A stretch of 49,868 nt of DNA from a candidate division WOR-3 bacterium (GCA_965648915.1 CBFGIV010000014.1:1-49868), one strand, 5' to 3'; positions 28,985-39,118 are shown, counted from the stretch's first letter. The notes: generated from the sequence alone by a model not told the origin. A program made the numbers and translations.

Positions 28985-31717
28985 ATGGAAAAATCATTTA
29001 TTATTTTTTTAATCCTCTCTATTTCATTTTTTGCAAACGGTGAAAATAAAAAAAGTCTCTTCCTTAATCAGGGGTTGGGCTTACTCTATCAAAATCCCAG
29101 GGAAATGAAGGGTGCCATTCAGGTTCACCCTCGAACCTGGGACCCTCCTCCATCAGTTGATCATTCTCCAAATATGCCCCCGGTGGGCAATCAGGGAACT
29201 CAAAATTCCTGCGTTGCCTGGGCACTTGGATATTATTACAAAACATATCAGGAATGGCTAGAACGGGGTTGGGCGGTTTCTGACCCTGCCCATCGCTTCA
29301 GTCCTGCTTTTATCTATAACCATATTAACGGCGGTGTAGATGCAGGCTCATTTTTTTATGATGCGGCAATCATTTTAATGGATCATGGCTGTGCCAGTAT
29401 TGCTGAATTCCCCTATAATAGTTCCAATTACACAAATTGGCCCTCGGAGAGTGCATATTGTCATGCTTTGGCCCAGAGATGTTCAGAAATCTACTGGATG
29501 GACTGCTCAAATGATTCTGGGATTCTCGCCCTAAAACAGCATATTGCTGATGGTGACAACGCAATCTTGGGTATCTGGATCTGGGATAATTTTTATAACA
29601 TCAGCTCTTATGGAAATAATTACTGTGTGGCAGATCGCAGGGGGTCTAATCATGGAGGGCATGCAGTCTGTGTTGTTGGCTATGACGACAATAGAGTTAC
29701 TCGTGATGGCCAGGGTGCGTTCAAAATTGTTAATTCATGGGGCACAGGCTGGGGAGCATCTGGTTATTTCTGGATGTCTTATCTTGCGGTCAAGGATACT
29801 TCCCTTTCTTACCGCTCTGCATTTTATGTAACTGACCGTTACCGCTATCAACCAAAACTCGTTGCTCGAACACGACTTACTCATTCTAAACGTGAATGGG
29901 TCAAAATCAAAGCCGGTATTGGACCGCCCGAAAATTCACACTGGACAAAACGATTTTTCGAGATTATTCAAACTCCCCAGCGAGGTTGGCCTTTTCCTAA
30001 TAACAATATTGTCTTTGATCTAAGTGATGGTTTGAATAACCTGAATCCATATGATACCAATTTAGTTTATTTTGAGTATCGTGACAGTTTGGCCGATGGT
30101 CAAACCGGTTCGGTCCAACATTTATCATATATTGACAATCTCTCAGGGGCGTATGCATTGTCCTTACAGACACCTCAGAATATTCCTGATAATGGCTCCC
30201 CGATAATGGTCAATGCAACATTGCCAGATCACAAATTACATTGGCAATTCTTCAAGCGACTTCCACTGAGAACATCCTGGACTGGATTACCTGGTAATAT
30301 AATTACAGTTGGGACGCTCTGGTCAAAATTGCTCGGGGGTGGTATCTCATGCTCACCTGTTCTTGCAGATGTAGATTGCGACGGTCTGATTGAGGTAGTT
30401 ATCGGCGCTAACGACGGCAGACTCTATGTCTTGAACGGTGAAGATGGCAGTGATGTCTGGTCTTATTCAACCGGCGGTCAAACTATCAGTTCAGCTGCAG
30501 TTGGTGATCCGGATGGAGACAGGAAACCAGAAATTATTTTCGGGGCCTCGGACAATCGAGTTTATGCACTCAATGGAGAAAATGGATCTCCCCTCTGGTC
30601 ATATACAACTAACAACCGGGTCATAACCGCACCGGTTTTAAGCGATATTGATGGAGATGGTCGGCTGGAAGTAGCATTTGGTTCATTTGATGGTAGAATT
30701 TATTTACTGAATGCTGAAAATGGAACATTATGCTGGTCATATTCGGTAGGCACATCAATACAATCTTCTCCAGCAGTTGGTGATGTCGACGGCGATGGTC
30801 GTCTGGAGGTTGTTGTGGGGGCTGATAATGGAAGAATTTATACCTTTAACGGTGAGAACGGTTCGTTATTGTGGTCTTTCACCTGCGGGGGCGCAGTTAC
30901 ATCCTCACCCGCCTTAGGTGACATTGATGAAGATAGAAAACTCGAGGTTGTCTTTGGCTCTGACGATAACAAAGTTTACGCCCTAAATGCTGATAGTGGT
31001 TCAGTGCTCTGGTCGTATCAAACAGGTTCTCGGGTTATTTCTTCACCTGCTATCGGTGATATTGATCGAGATGGCAAGTTAGAGACAATTTTTGGATCCT
31101 ATGATGGAAATGTATACGCCCTTAATGGAGAAAATGGCTCTCAATGCTGGATATATACAACTGGGAGTTGGGTTCGTTCCTCACCTGCATTGGTTGATAT
31201 TGATAGCGACGGATATTTTGAAGTGATAATCGGTTCAGACGATTACAGAATTTATGCACTAAATGGCGAAAATGGTTCTTTACTCTGGTCATACTTGACT
31301 GGGGATTTTGTCGCCTCGCCAGCCTTAGGCGATATTGATAACGACAGTTTAGTCGAAATTGTCTTTGGGACATACGACAATGAACGAAAGGTATATGCCA
31401 TCGACTGGTCCGCATCGCGTTTGGAAGAGAATAGAACGGTTATTGCAACACAATATCATCTGACGATAATCCCTAACCCTGTTCAGAAACAGTTGAAGAT
31501 TAGTTTTACCTTACCAATTGATGCGTATGTCTCAATTGATCTTTTCGATGTCTCTGGTCGAAAAAAATTCTTGTCGAAACGAAAATACCTAAAAGCAGGG
31601 GCGCATAAAATCGTTTGGCGCGGAATCTCTGATAAAAACTTACCCAACGGTGTCTACTTCTGTCATCTTAAGGCCGGTGATTATACTCAAACTAAGAAAA
31701 TCGTGGTGATGCGATGA
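28985..31717 (+). CDS. Secreted papain-like (C1A) cysteine protease with FG-GAP/PQQ-like propeller and C-terminal sorting domain
   Basis: NQGTQNSCVAW, GGHAVCVVGY, NSWGTGWG; eight repeats of about 46 aa; LPNGVYF; AAGGAG RBS before ATG 28985. Confidence 0.88.
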   Translation: MEKSFIIFLILSISFFANGENKKSLFLNQGLGLLYQNPREMKGAIQVHPRTWDPPPSVDHSPNMPPVGNQGTQNSCVAWALGYYYKTYQEWLERGWAVSDPAHRFSPAFIYNHINGGVDAGSFFYDAAIILMDHGCASIAEFPYNSSNYTNWPSESAYCHALAQRCSEIYWMDCSNDSGILALKQHIADGDNAILGIWIWDNFYNISSYGNNYCVADRRGSNHGGHAVCVVGYDDNRVTRDGQGAFKIVNSWGTGWGASGYFWMSYLAVKDTSLSYRSAFYVTDRYRYQPKLVARTRLTHSKREWVKIKAGIGPPENSHWTKRFFEIIQTPQRGWPFPNNNIVFDLSDGLNNLNPYDTNLVYFEYRDSLADGQTGSVQHLSYIDNLSGAYALSLQTPQNIPDNGSPIMVNATLPDHKLHWQFFKRLPLRTSWTGLPGNIITVGTLWSKLLGGGISCSPVLADVDCDGLIEVVIGANDGRLYVLNGEDGSDVWSYSTGGQTISSAAVGDPDGDRKPEIIFGASDNRVYALNGENGSPLWSYTTNNRVITAPVLSDIDGDGRLEVAFGSFDGRIYLLNAENGTLCWSYSVGTSIQSSPAVGDVDGDGRLEVVVGADNGRIYTFNGENGSLLWSFTCGGAVTSSPALGDIDEDRKLEVVFGSDDNKVYALNADSGSVLWSYQTGSRVISSPAIGDIDRDGKLETIFGSYDGNVYALNGENGSQCWIYTTGSWVRSSPALVDIDSDGYFEVIIGSDDYRIYALNGENGSLLWSYLTGDFVASPALGDIDNDSLVEIVFGTYDNERKVYAIDWSASRLEENRTVIATQYHLTIIPNPVQKQLKISFTLPIDAYVSIDLFDVSGRKKFLSKRKYLKAGAHKIVWRGISDKNLPNGVYFCHLKAGDYTQTKKIVVMR
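30344..31408 (+). repeat. Eight intragenic repeats of about 138 bp (46 aa)
   Basis: Consensus SSPA(V/L)GDxDGDGxLExxxGSxDxxxYALNGENGSxLWSY. Confidence 0.9.
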
Positions 31718-31778
31718 TCTCAGAAAATATGAGATAAAACTAAGTTCGGGGCATGGCCCGCCTTATTCTTAAAAATTG

Positions 31779-31807
31779 TTGACTATACTCTTATGTCCGT
31801 ATATAAT
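31779..31807 (+). promoter_or_regulatory. Sigma70 promoter for the kinase/regulator pair
   Basis: TTGACT-N17-TATAAT. Confidence 0.7.
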
Positions 31808-31836
31808 GTATATACCGACGCAGAATCAATAATATT

Positions 31837-32164
31837 GTGAAATTATTTACCAAAAAATAACCTTTCTCTTATTAATCGCCTATTTTACAGCTTATGTGCA
31901 TGCCAAAGAACATTACCCCTGGACCCTTGAATCTTTTTATGAAGTGCGGGCAAGACATTTAATTGCGATTGATATTGAAAATGACGGTGTTGATGAAATC
32001 TTAGAATGTGTCGGGCCGATGGCTTTCATAAAAGATCAATACGGCATAATTCTCAAACAGATAACCTTCTGCTGTGACAAATTTTATCCCCTCGGTCTTT
32101 TTAAATAGAAGGGAAAGATAAAGGGCTGGCTTTTTCCCACTGCCATGGAGATACGGTCTATTTA
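31837..32164 (+). pseudogene. Frameshifted 5' part of the sensor kinase (signal peptide and first FG-GAP-like motif)
   Basis: One extra A in the A6 run (31852-31857) gives MKLFTKKITFLLLIAYFTAYVHA; one extra A at 32103-32105 joins it to the 32165 frame; contains DIENDGVDEIL. Confidence 0.55.
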
Positions 32165-34207
32165 ATGATCTCAAACGAAGGTAATAAGACAAAAAGATTT
32201 AAAGCCTTTATCGGTAAAGATATAGTTAAGGCAGGATTATCGGGCTATGATGGTCAGATTATCGGATTAAAATCGATCGAGATCAATGGTAACCCTGTTT
32301 TGCTCTGCATTGCAACCGCTGGTTTTGACCTCTGGCCCAGAGGAATCCTTGCCTATAATTTTGAAAAGAATGAAGAACAATGGCATTACTGGATTGGCGG
32401 CTGTCCACATCCGAATTCGGTTGTTTTACTTGACATTAATGGAGATGGGCAAAAGGAAATAATCTCAGGCACTTATGCAACCTGTAACGGTGCCGTAGCA
32501 AATGGTGTCGATGACTTTAATTCTTACCTAATTGTATTAAACTCCAAAGGCGAACTGCTGTGGAAAAAGAGTATTGGAGATCGGTCCACTGGAATATTGT
32601 GCTGGGCCGGTTTCTTAAACCGAAATGGTGATACCTGCATTGTTGCCTGTGAAGTGATGGGTCTGGCTAGTAAAAAGAACGCCAATAAGATTCTCATTCT
32701 TCGGGCGCGCGATGGAGAACCAATAAAATATCTTACCCCGGGTGAACAATTCTTAGGATTTAAGGTTTGTGATTATAACCGGGATGGCGATTTAGAAATT
32801 ATTACTGGTAATAGTGATGGTGTATTAAGAATATTTGACGGCAATCTGGAAATAATAAAAGAGAAGAATTTTGACAATGGGATTACTCTTGCTCAGGTTG
32901 AAGATATCAATGGGGATGGGACGAACGAAATCTTGTGCACAACCCAGGATGGGCGACTGATCATTCTTAATGAAAATTTGAAAATCTTATGCAATTACAA
33001 ATTACAGAGCGGTATGGTAGATTGTGTATATTTAGCACAACACCGAAAGAAGTTCAACATCATTACCCGGTCTGTCCTGGGTATTGAATGTATCTATACA
33101 ATTTCGAAGGTTGTAACTGCACCAGGTCTACCCTCGGCACCGATAAGTTTATTCTGGCTTTTGATATCGATCCTGCTCGCCTCAGGTTTAGTATATGCTA
33201 TTGTTGATAAAGTTAAATATAGGAAAAAAATCAAATATTTAATCGACGAATCACCCTACGGTGTTATCATCTTAAATAGCAAAAACAAGATAACCTACTA
33301 CAATTACAAAGTAGTAAAATTTGTCGGTGAAAACCGCCCAGAAATCTTGAAATTCCTGGGTATGAAAGATATACAAAATTGGTTAAAAAAACCTACTGAA
33401 CCTAAGAACATCGATATCAATTTTCAACAAAAACATTTTACAGTTTATTCCAGTCTTGTTGGCAATGAAAAAATGTTCATTATCTGTGATCGAACCTCCG
33501 AGTTTGTTTCTCGCGATATTATCACCTGGTCGGGTTTTGCCCAGAAACTCGCTCATGAAATTAAGAATCCACTCTCGACCATAAACCTTACCCTCCAGCG
33601 AATGCAGGAGGTTTGTCGAGAAAAATTGGGCAAAGATGCTGAAGCACTTGATCATTATACAGACTCAGTGCTTGAAGAGGTTGCCCGCTTAAGGGACACA
33701 ACCGACAAGTTTATGCGGGTTCTATCGTTAGAAAAGCCGCATCCCGTATCCTGTGATATAAACCTTTTGTTGGAAAACACCCTCCAGAAGTATAAAACAA
33801 CTCTGCCCACAGAAATAAAATTTCAAAAATCATATGCCAAAGAGCTCCCTCCGGTAAAGTGCGATGAAAGCCAGATGCTGATGGTCTTTTCTAATATTAT
33901 CGAGAACGCCATTGAGGCAATGGAAGGGAAAGGAGTTTTAACTTTGCGAACCGCTTTAATTGAGAATATCGGTGCGGATGCAGAGAAGGTTGTTAAATAT
34001 GTTGAAATTAAGTTTGAAGATACTGGTAAAGGTATTTCCGAAGATCAACTTAAAAATCTCTTTAAGCCTTTTCATTCCACCAAGCCTGGCGGCACTGGCC
34101 TTGGCCTGGTAATTGCCAGGCGGATTGTTGAAGAGCATAGCGGTAAGATTGAAATAACGAGTAAAGAAGGGATTGGAACGGTGGTTAGCATATTGCTGTC
34201 TGTTTAG
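32165..34207 (+). CDS. Sensor histidine kinase with extracellular FG-GAP repeats (NtrB/NtrY-like)
   Basis: DINGDGxxEI repeats, TM segment, LAHEIKNPL H-box, NIIENAIEAM, DTGKGI, GTGLGL. Confidence 0.92.
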   Translation: MISNEGNKTKRFKAFIGKDIVKAGLSGYDGQIIGLKSIEINGNPVLLCIATAGFDLWPRGILAYNFEKNEEQWHYWIGGCPHPNSVVLLDINGDGQKEIISGTYATCNGAVANGVDDFNSYLIVLNSKGELLWKKSIGDRSTGILCWAGFLNRNGDTCIVACEVMGLASKKNANKILILRARDGEPIKYLTPGEQFLGFKVCDYNRDGDLEIITGNSDGVLRIFDGNLEIIKEKNFDNGITLAQVEDINGDGTNEILCTTQDGRLIILNENLKILCNYKLQSGMVDCVYLAQHRKKFNIITRSVLGIECIYTISKVVTAPGLPSAPISLFWLLISILLASGLVYAIVDKVKYRKKIKYLIDESPYGVIILNSKNKITYYNYKVVKFVGENRPEILKFLGMKDIQNWLKKPTEPKNIDINFQQKHFTVYSSLVGNEKMFIICDRTSEFVSRDIITWSGFAQKLAHEIKNPLSTINLTLQRMQEVCREKLGKDAEALDHYTDSVLEEVARLRDTTDKFMRVLSLEKPHPVSCDINLLLENTLQKYKTTLPTEIKFQKSYAKELPPVKCDESQMLMVFSNIIENAIEAMEGKGVLTLRTALIENIGADAEKVVKYVEIKFEDTGKGISEDQLKNLFKPFHSTKPGGTGLGLVIARRIVEEHSGKIEITSKEGIGTVVSILLSV

Positions 34208-34243
34208 TCTTATGGTCTCATTTTTGAATGATTGGGTGAAAAA

Positions 34244-35620
34244 ATGAATAAAACCCTGCAAGATAAATTTCGAATCTTAATTGTTGATGATGAGAGGAAA
34301 ATTTGTGAAATCTTAAAAGAGATACTTGAGAAACAGGGATACCAAGTTGATTATGCGCTTAACGGATCGCAGGCTTTAACAATGGTTGAACAGAAAGCTA
34401 TCGATCTTGTTCTGTTAGATATAAAAATGCCTGATATTGATGGAATAGCGCTATTAAAGAAGATCAAGAATATAAACCCCGATTTATCAGTTGTTATAAT
34501 TTCGGCCTTTGGCACCGTCCCCCTTGCGGTTGAAGCCCTGAAGAGTGGTGCTGAAGATTTTGTTGAAAAACCACTTGAGGCCAATCGTGTGTTGACCACT
34601 GTAAAGAATACGCTGGAAAAAATAGAATATAAAAAACAGAGTCGTTCATTCAAAGATGAATTGTTGAAGGGATACAGGATTATTGGTGAATCGTTAGCGA
34701 TTAAAAAGGTCATTCAGTTTATCGACCGGGTTGCGCTAACCAATAGTGCAGTCCTGATATTGGGTGAAACCGGTAGTGGCAAAGAACTTGTTGCGCGTAA
34801 TATTCATATGAAAAGTCAAAGGGCAACAAAACCTTTTGTTAAAGTAAACTGTGCCGCCCTGCCCGGCGAACTTATTGAGAGTGAACTCTTCGGCTACGAA
34901 AAAGGTGCTTTTACCGGCGCCTACACCCGCAAACCCGGGCAATTCGAAATCGCCAACCAGGGGACTTTATTTCTGGATGAGATCGGCGATATGAGTCCTG
35001 TCGCCCAGGCCAAAGTCTTAAGGGCAATTGAAGAGAATGAAATTCAGCATCTGGGCAGTACCACACCGATAAAAATCGATATCCGACTTATCACGGCAAC
35101 CAACCAGAACCTCGAAGAATTGGTGAAATTGAAGAAATTTCGTGAAGACTTTTATCACCGTATAAATGTCCTGACGATATCCGTTCCACCTTTACGGGAA
35201 CGGAGAGAAGACATCCCGATTCTGGCTGAACATTTTCTAAGGAATTTTTGTTTTGAGAATAATTGCGCTCTTAAAAATTTAACTAAGAAAGCCAACCAAT
35301 TTCTTATGAGACAAGATTGGCCAGGAAATGTCCGAGAATTAAAACACTTTATAGAAAAAATGGCGGTATTGATTGAAAATACCACGATCGATGTCGATAA
35401 TATTAAACAAATTATCGACGAAGACAGGAACATAGCAAGGCATACCTTTTCTGAAGATACTGATAATAAGATTGAAAAGGCAAAAGACGATTTTGAAAGA
35501 AATTATATTATTAATGTCCTTGATCAAACCGGCTGGCAAATTATTAAAGCAGCCGAAACGCTCGGTATCGACCGCTCAACCCTTTTTAGAAAGATAAAAA
35601 GACTGGGGATAAAAAAGTAA
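34244..35620 (+). CDS. Sigma54-dependent response regulator (NtrC/AtoC/ZraR family)
   Basis: Receiver (VDDE, LLDIKMP), GETGSGKE, GAFTGA, FLDEIG, WPGNVREL, and Fis HTH AAETLGIDRSTLFRK. Confidence 0.96.
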   Translation: MNKTLQDKFRILIVDDERKICEILKEILEKQGYQVDYALNGSQALTMVEQKAIDLVLLDIKMPDIDGIALLKKIKNINPDLSVVIISAFGTVPLAVEALKSGAEDFVEKPLEANRVLTTVKNTLEKIEYKKQSRSFKDELLKGYRIIGESLAIKKVIQFIDRVALTNSAVLILGETGSGKELVARNIHMKSQRATKPFVKVNCAALPGELIESELFGYEKGAFTGAYTRKPGQFEIANQGTLFLDEIGDMSPVAQAKVLRAIEENEIQHLGSTTPIKIDIRLITATNQNLEELVKLKKFREDFYHRINVLTISVPPLRERREDIPILAEHFLRNFCFENNCALKNLTKKANQFLMRQDWPGNVRELKHFIEKMAVLIENTTIDVDNIKQIIDEDRNIARHTFSEDTDNKIEKAKDDFERNYIINVLDQTGWQIIKAAETLGIDRSTLFRKIKRLGIKK

Positions 35621-35651
35621 ACCCCGGCCTTAAAAAAGATCAAAATTCCCC

Positions 35652-35716
35652 TTGACAGACTATATATTGTGGATAAAATTGTTATCCACTATGTATAGTT
35701 ATACCATATATAGATA
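35652..35716 (+). promoter_or_regulatory. nrdR-nrdD promoter with NrdR boxes and DnaA boxes
   Basis: TTGACA-N16-TAAAAT; NrdR-box-like AGACTATATATTGTGG (35657), CCACTATGTATAGTTA (35686), ATACCATATATAGATA (35701); TGTGGATAA (35668) and TTATCCACT (35682). Confidence 0.75.
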
Positions 35717-35746
35717 TTTAAAAATTTTTTCCGTCGAGGTGATTAT

Positions 35747-36271
35747 ATGAAATGCCCCAGGTGTAGTAAAGACGAAGACCGAGTTGTCGACTCAAGATCA
35801 GCAAAGCAGGGGTCAATAATCAGGCGTCGGCGGGAGTGTTTAAAATGCGGTTTCCGTTTTACAACTTACGAATATGTCGAACGGGTGCCGGTGACGGTTA
35901 TAAAACGGGATGGCAGTCGCGAACCTTATGATCGAAATAAGCTGCTCGAAGGTATTGCCACCGCCTGTCGGAAAAGACCTATCTCCCGGGAGCAGATTGA
36001 AGGTATTGTCGATAAAATTGAAAATACCCTGGCCGATGAGTATAAAGTTGAGGTCACCTCTACCGAGCTGGGCGAAATAGTCCTGGCCCAGCTCTTGAGA
36101 CTGGATCAGGTGAGTTATGTCCGTTTTGCTTCGGTTTATAGAAAATTCAAGGATATCAATGAGTTCTCAAAAGAACTCAGAACCTTAAAGCGCGCTTTGG
36201 TTCAGATTCATACAAGATCAAAATATTTAAAAAAGAAGAATAAGAAAAAAATAAAGTCAAAAAGGAGCTAA
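35747..36271 (+). CDS. nrdR: Transcriptional repressor NrdR
   Basis: MKCPRC, VVDSR, RRRRECLKCGFRFTTYE, ATP cone, YVRFASVY. Confidence 0.97.
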   Translation: MKCPRCSKDEDRVVDSRSAKQGSIIRRRRECLKCGFRFTTYEYVERVPVTVIKRDGSREPYDRNKLLEGIATACRKRPISREQIEGIVDKIENTLADEYKVEVTSTELGEIVLAQLLRLDQVSYVRFASVYRKFKDINEFSKELRTLKRALVQIHTRSKYLKKKNKKKIKSKRS

Positions 36272-36272
36272 A

Positions 36273-38723
36273 ATGGCTGAAAGTCTCTATTCCACTGATG
36301 CACATGGCTTAAAGATCTCTCTCGATGAATCTCTCCCTTTTACCCAAACCATCTTTCAGAAAGTAAAGAAAAGAGACGGCACCATCGTCCCTTTTGATAA
36401 AAACAAAATTACCGATGCTATCTTTAAAGCGGCCCGGGCGGTCGGGGGTGAAGACCACAAACTGGCTGAGAGCCTGGCCGATGAGGTCATCCTTTATCTC
36501 TACTCATCCATGGGCGAAAATGTTCCTCAGGTCGAAGAGATTCAGGATGCAGTAGAGAAGGTCTTAATCGAACGCGGCCATGCCAAGACTGCCAAGGCAT
36601 ATATCCTCTATCGCAAGCAGCGTGAGATCCTCAGAAAGAAAAAATTATTAGAAAAAAAACCTGAAGAGCGTGAAACCACTGACTTTGCTCTTTTTGTCCG
36701 CACCTCGGATGATGATTATGTAACCTGGGACCGTCAACGGATAATCGATGCCCTGATCAAGGAGACCGGGCTCGAACCCGACATCGCGGCTAAAATCGGT
36801 CGCGATGTCGAGGATACAGTGCTGAATTCAAACATCCAGTTGATAACCACCTCATTGATCCGTGAAATCGTAAATGTTCGGCTCGTCGAATTAGGTCTGG
36901 AAAGAGCACGGGTCCGCCATTCACGACTCGGTGTCCCGCTTTATGATGCGGAAAAAATCATCTTTTACGCCAATCGGGAAAATGCTAACATCCCGCATAA
37001 TCCCGAAGCAACAAATATGACCCTGGCCGAATCGATCAAGAAACAGTATATGCTGAGTGAAGTATTCTCCCAGGATGTCGCTGACGCCCATCTCTGTGGA
37101 GACATCCACCTCCACGACCTCGGCTTTGGCGATCGTCCCTACTGTTCCGGGCAGAGCCTTGAGTATGTAAAAAAATTCGGGCTCAACCTCCCTAATGCCC
37201 TTTCCATTGCCCGTCCGGCACGCCATGCTGACACCTTACTTGCTCATATGGTAAAGTTCTCAGCTGCGCTTCAGGGCCACTTCGCTGGAGCAATCGGCTG
37301 GGATGCAGTCAATATCTTCTTTGCACCATTTATTGCCGGGATGAATGACCGGGAGACCCATCAACTGGCCCAGATGCTTATCTTTGAGTATTCTCAACAG
37401 AGTGTTGCCCGGGGCGGACAGGCAATATTTTCGGATATCAATCTCTACTGGGAGGTCCCCAAGCATTTTCAGGAAGTTGAAGCCATCGGCCCAAAAGGTG
37501 AATATACCGGTAAGAAATATGGTGCCTATGCTGAAGATGCGCGTCGGTTCGTCTGGGCTCTCTTCGATGTCTATTCTGAAGGTGATGGGACCGGAAGACC
37601 CTTCTTCTTTCCCAAACCCCTGGTTCATATCACTGAGGAGTTTTTCCGAACACCGAACTGGGAAGCCTTTTTAAACCATATTGCTGAGGTCTCCTCCAGT
37701 AAAGGTAATACCTACTATGTTTTTGACCGTGGCGAAACTGCAAAAATTTCCGAATGTTGTCGTCTCTCTTTTAAACTTGAGGCTCACGACCTCGAAGATG
37801 CCCGAACACCCTGGAAGATGCGCTATTGTGCTTTACAGAATATTACTCTGAATCTGCCCCGTGCTGCATATTATGCTCAAGGTAAGGACGAAGCACTCTT
37901 CAAGAAACTTGATGACTTACTCGAAATAGCAGTCAAAGGCCATCTCCAGAAAAGAAGATTCATCGAAAAACTATTGAGTTATAAACAGGAAGGGCCGCTC
38001 GCCCTGCTTACAATGGATCGGGATGGCGAACCCTATCTCCGGATGAATCGTACTACCCATCTCATCGGCCTTCTCGGACTGAATGAACTGGTGCAATATC
38101 ATACGGGCCGGGAATTACACGAGGATGAGTCGGCTCTGAAATTCGGCTTGAAGGTCATCGCTTATCTCTATCAGAAGATAAATCAACTCTCCAGACAGTA
38201 TGGCATTCGACTGGTTATGGAACAGACCCCGGCCGAATCGGCTGCCTACCGTCTTGCCCGTCTCGATCTTGAACATTTTCCTAACGAGACAATGAAGGTT
38301 GTAAAGGGGAATGTGAAACAGGGTGGCGTCTATTATACCAATTCCACCTATCTGAATGTTGGCATACCGATCGATCCCATTGACCGGGTCAAGACCGAAG
38401 GTAAATTCCATGACCTGATTGAGGCCGGGGCCCTGACCCATATCTGGCTGGCCGATGCCAAACCAACAAAAGAAGCGATTGCCCGGTTCGTCATAAAGAC
38501 ATTTAAAAATACCCGCAATGCCCAGATTGCATTCTCACCCGAATTCGTCTCCTGCAATACCTGCTTCAAAACTGCCCGTGGCCTCCTTGAGAAATGTCCC
38601 TACTGTGGTAGTGACAATGTTGACCACATTACCCGGGTAACCGGTTATTTTTCACGGGTCTCAGGCTGGAATAAAGGTAAGAAGGCGGAACTCGTTGATC
38701 GGTACAAGAAAGGTATGAGATGA
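36273..38723 (+). CDS. nrdD: Anaerobic (class III) ribonucleoside-triphosphate reductase with two ATP cones
   Basis: VKKRDG cone, IHLHDL, RPYC, SECCRL, TPAES, YYTNS, CxxC..CxxC, glycyl-radical loop RVTGY. Confidence 0.95.
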   Translation: MAESLYSTDAHGLKISLDESLPFTQTIFQKVKKRDGTIVPFDKNKITDAIFKAARAVGGEDHKLAESLADEVILYLYSSMGENVPQVEEIQDAVEKVLIERGHAKTAKAYILYRKQREILRKKKLLEKKPEERETTDFALFVRTSDDDYVTWDRQRIIDALIKETGLEPDIAAKIGRDVEDTVLNSNIQLITTSLIREIVNVRLVELGLERARVRHSRLGVPLYDAEKIIFYANRENANIPHNPEATNMTLAESIKKQYMLSEVFSQDVADAHLCGDIHLHDLGFGDRPYCSGQSLEYVKKFGLNLPNALSIARPARHADTLLAHMVKFSAALQGHFAGAIGWDAVNIFFAPFIAGMNDRETHQLAQMLIFEYSQQSVARGGQAIFSDINLYWEVPKHFQEVEAIGPKGEYTGKKYGAYAEDARRFVWALFDVYSEGDGTGRPFFFPKPLVHITEEFFRTPNWEAFLNHIAEVSSSKGNTYYVFDRGETAKISECCRLSFKLEAHDLEDARTPWKMRYCALQNITLNLPRAAYYAQGKDEALFKKLDDLLEIAVKGHLQKRRFIEKLLSYKQEGPLALLTMDRDGEPYLRMNRTTHLIGLLGLNELVQYHTGRELHEDESALKFGLKVIAYLYQKINQLSRQYGIRLVMEQTPAESAAYRLARLDLEHFPNETMKVVKGNVKQGGVYYTNSTYLNVGIPIDPIDRVKTEGKFHDLIEAGALTHIWLADAKPTKEAIARFVIKTFKNTRNAQIAFSPEFVSCNTCFKTARGLLEKCPYCGSDNVDHITRVTGYFSRVSGWNKGKKAELVDRYKKGMR

Positions 38724-39118
38724 TAAAAAGACCTATAATCTTTTTAATCTTCAGCCTGATATCTGTTCTCCTCAGTTGCCAGGAAGAGACGGTATATTAC
38801 TTTGCTGATATTTGCGGTTTCATCAAAGATTCAGCGAGTCAGACCGGGGTCAATAATATTATTATTGATGTCTTTGACTTTGATCCCGAGCAAGATTTAA
38901 AAGGGAGATGGAAAGGCTCGGATACAACTGAATCCAATAACGGCCAACCCGGGTTTTATAAAATGGCCGGGGTCTGTTATGGTAGTAATAAGGGAATCTA
39001 TCAGATCGGGGTAATGGTCGATAGCTTAAAAAATCCTCTCTATCGGACAATCAGGACCTATCAATCGATTAAAAGCGCAACCGAGACCCTGCCCGATATA
39101 TTTATAAAGAGGAAGTAG
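38720..39118 (+). CDS. Putative lipoprotein
   Basis: Lipobox LLSC after a hydrophobic signal; ATGA overlap with nrdD. Confidence 0.6.
   Translation: MIKRPIIFLIFSLISVLLSCQEETVYYFADICGFIKDSASQTGVNNIIIDVFDFDPEQDLKGRWKGSDTTESNNGQPGFYKMAGVCYGSNKGIYQIGVMVDSLKNPLYRTIRTYQSIKSATETLPDIFIKRK

Noticed and set aside
30344..31408. 138-bp repeats as CRISPR or diversity-generating retroelement repeats
   Set aside because: They are in-frame protein repeats with synonymous divergence; no reverse transcriptase gene is present.
22490..35620. AT-rich block as a mobile element
   Set aside because: No integrase, transposase, tRNA target or flanking direct repeats seen; only composition suggests foreign origin.
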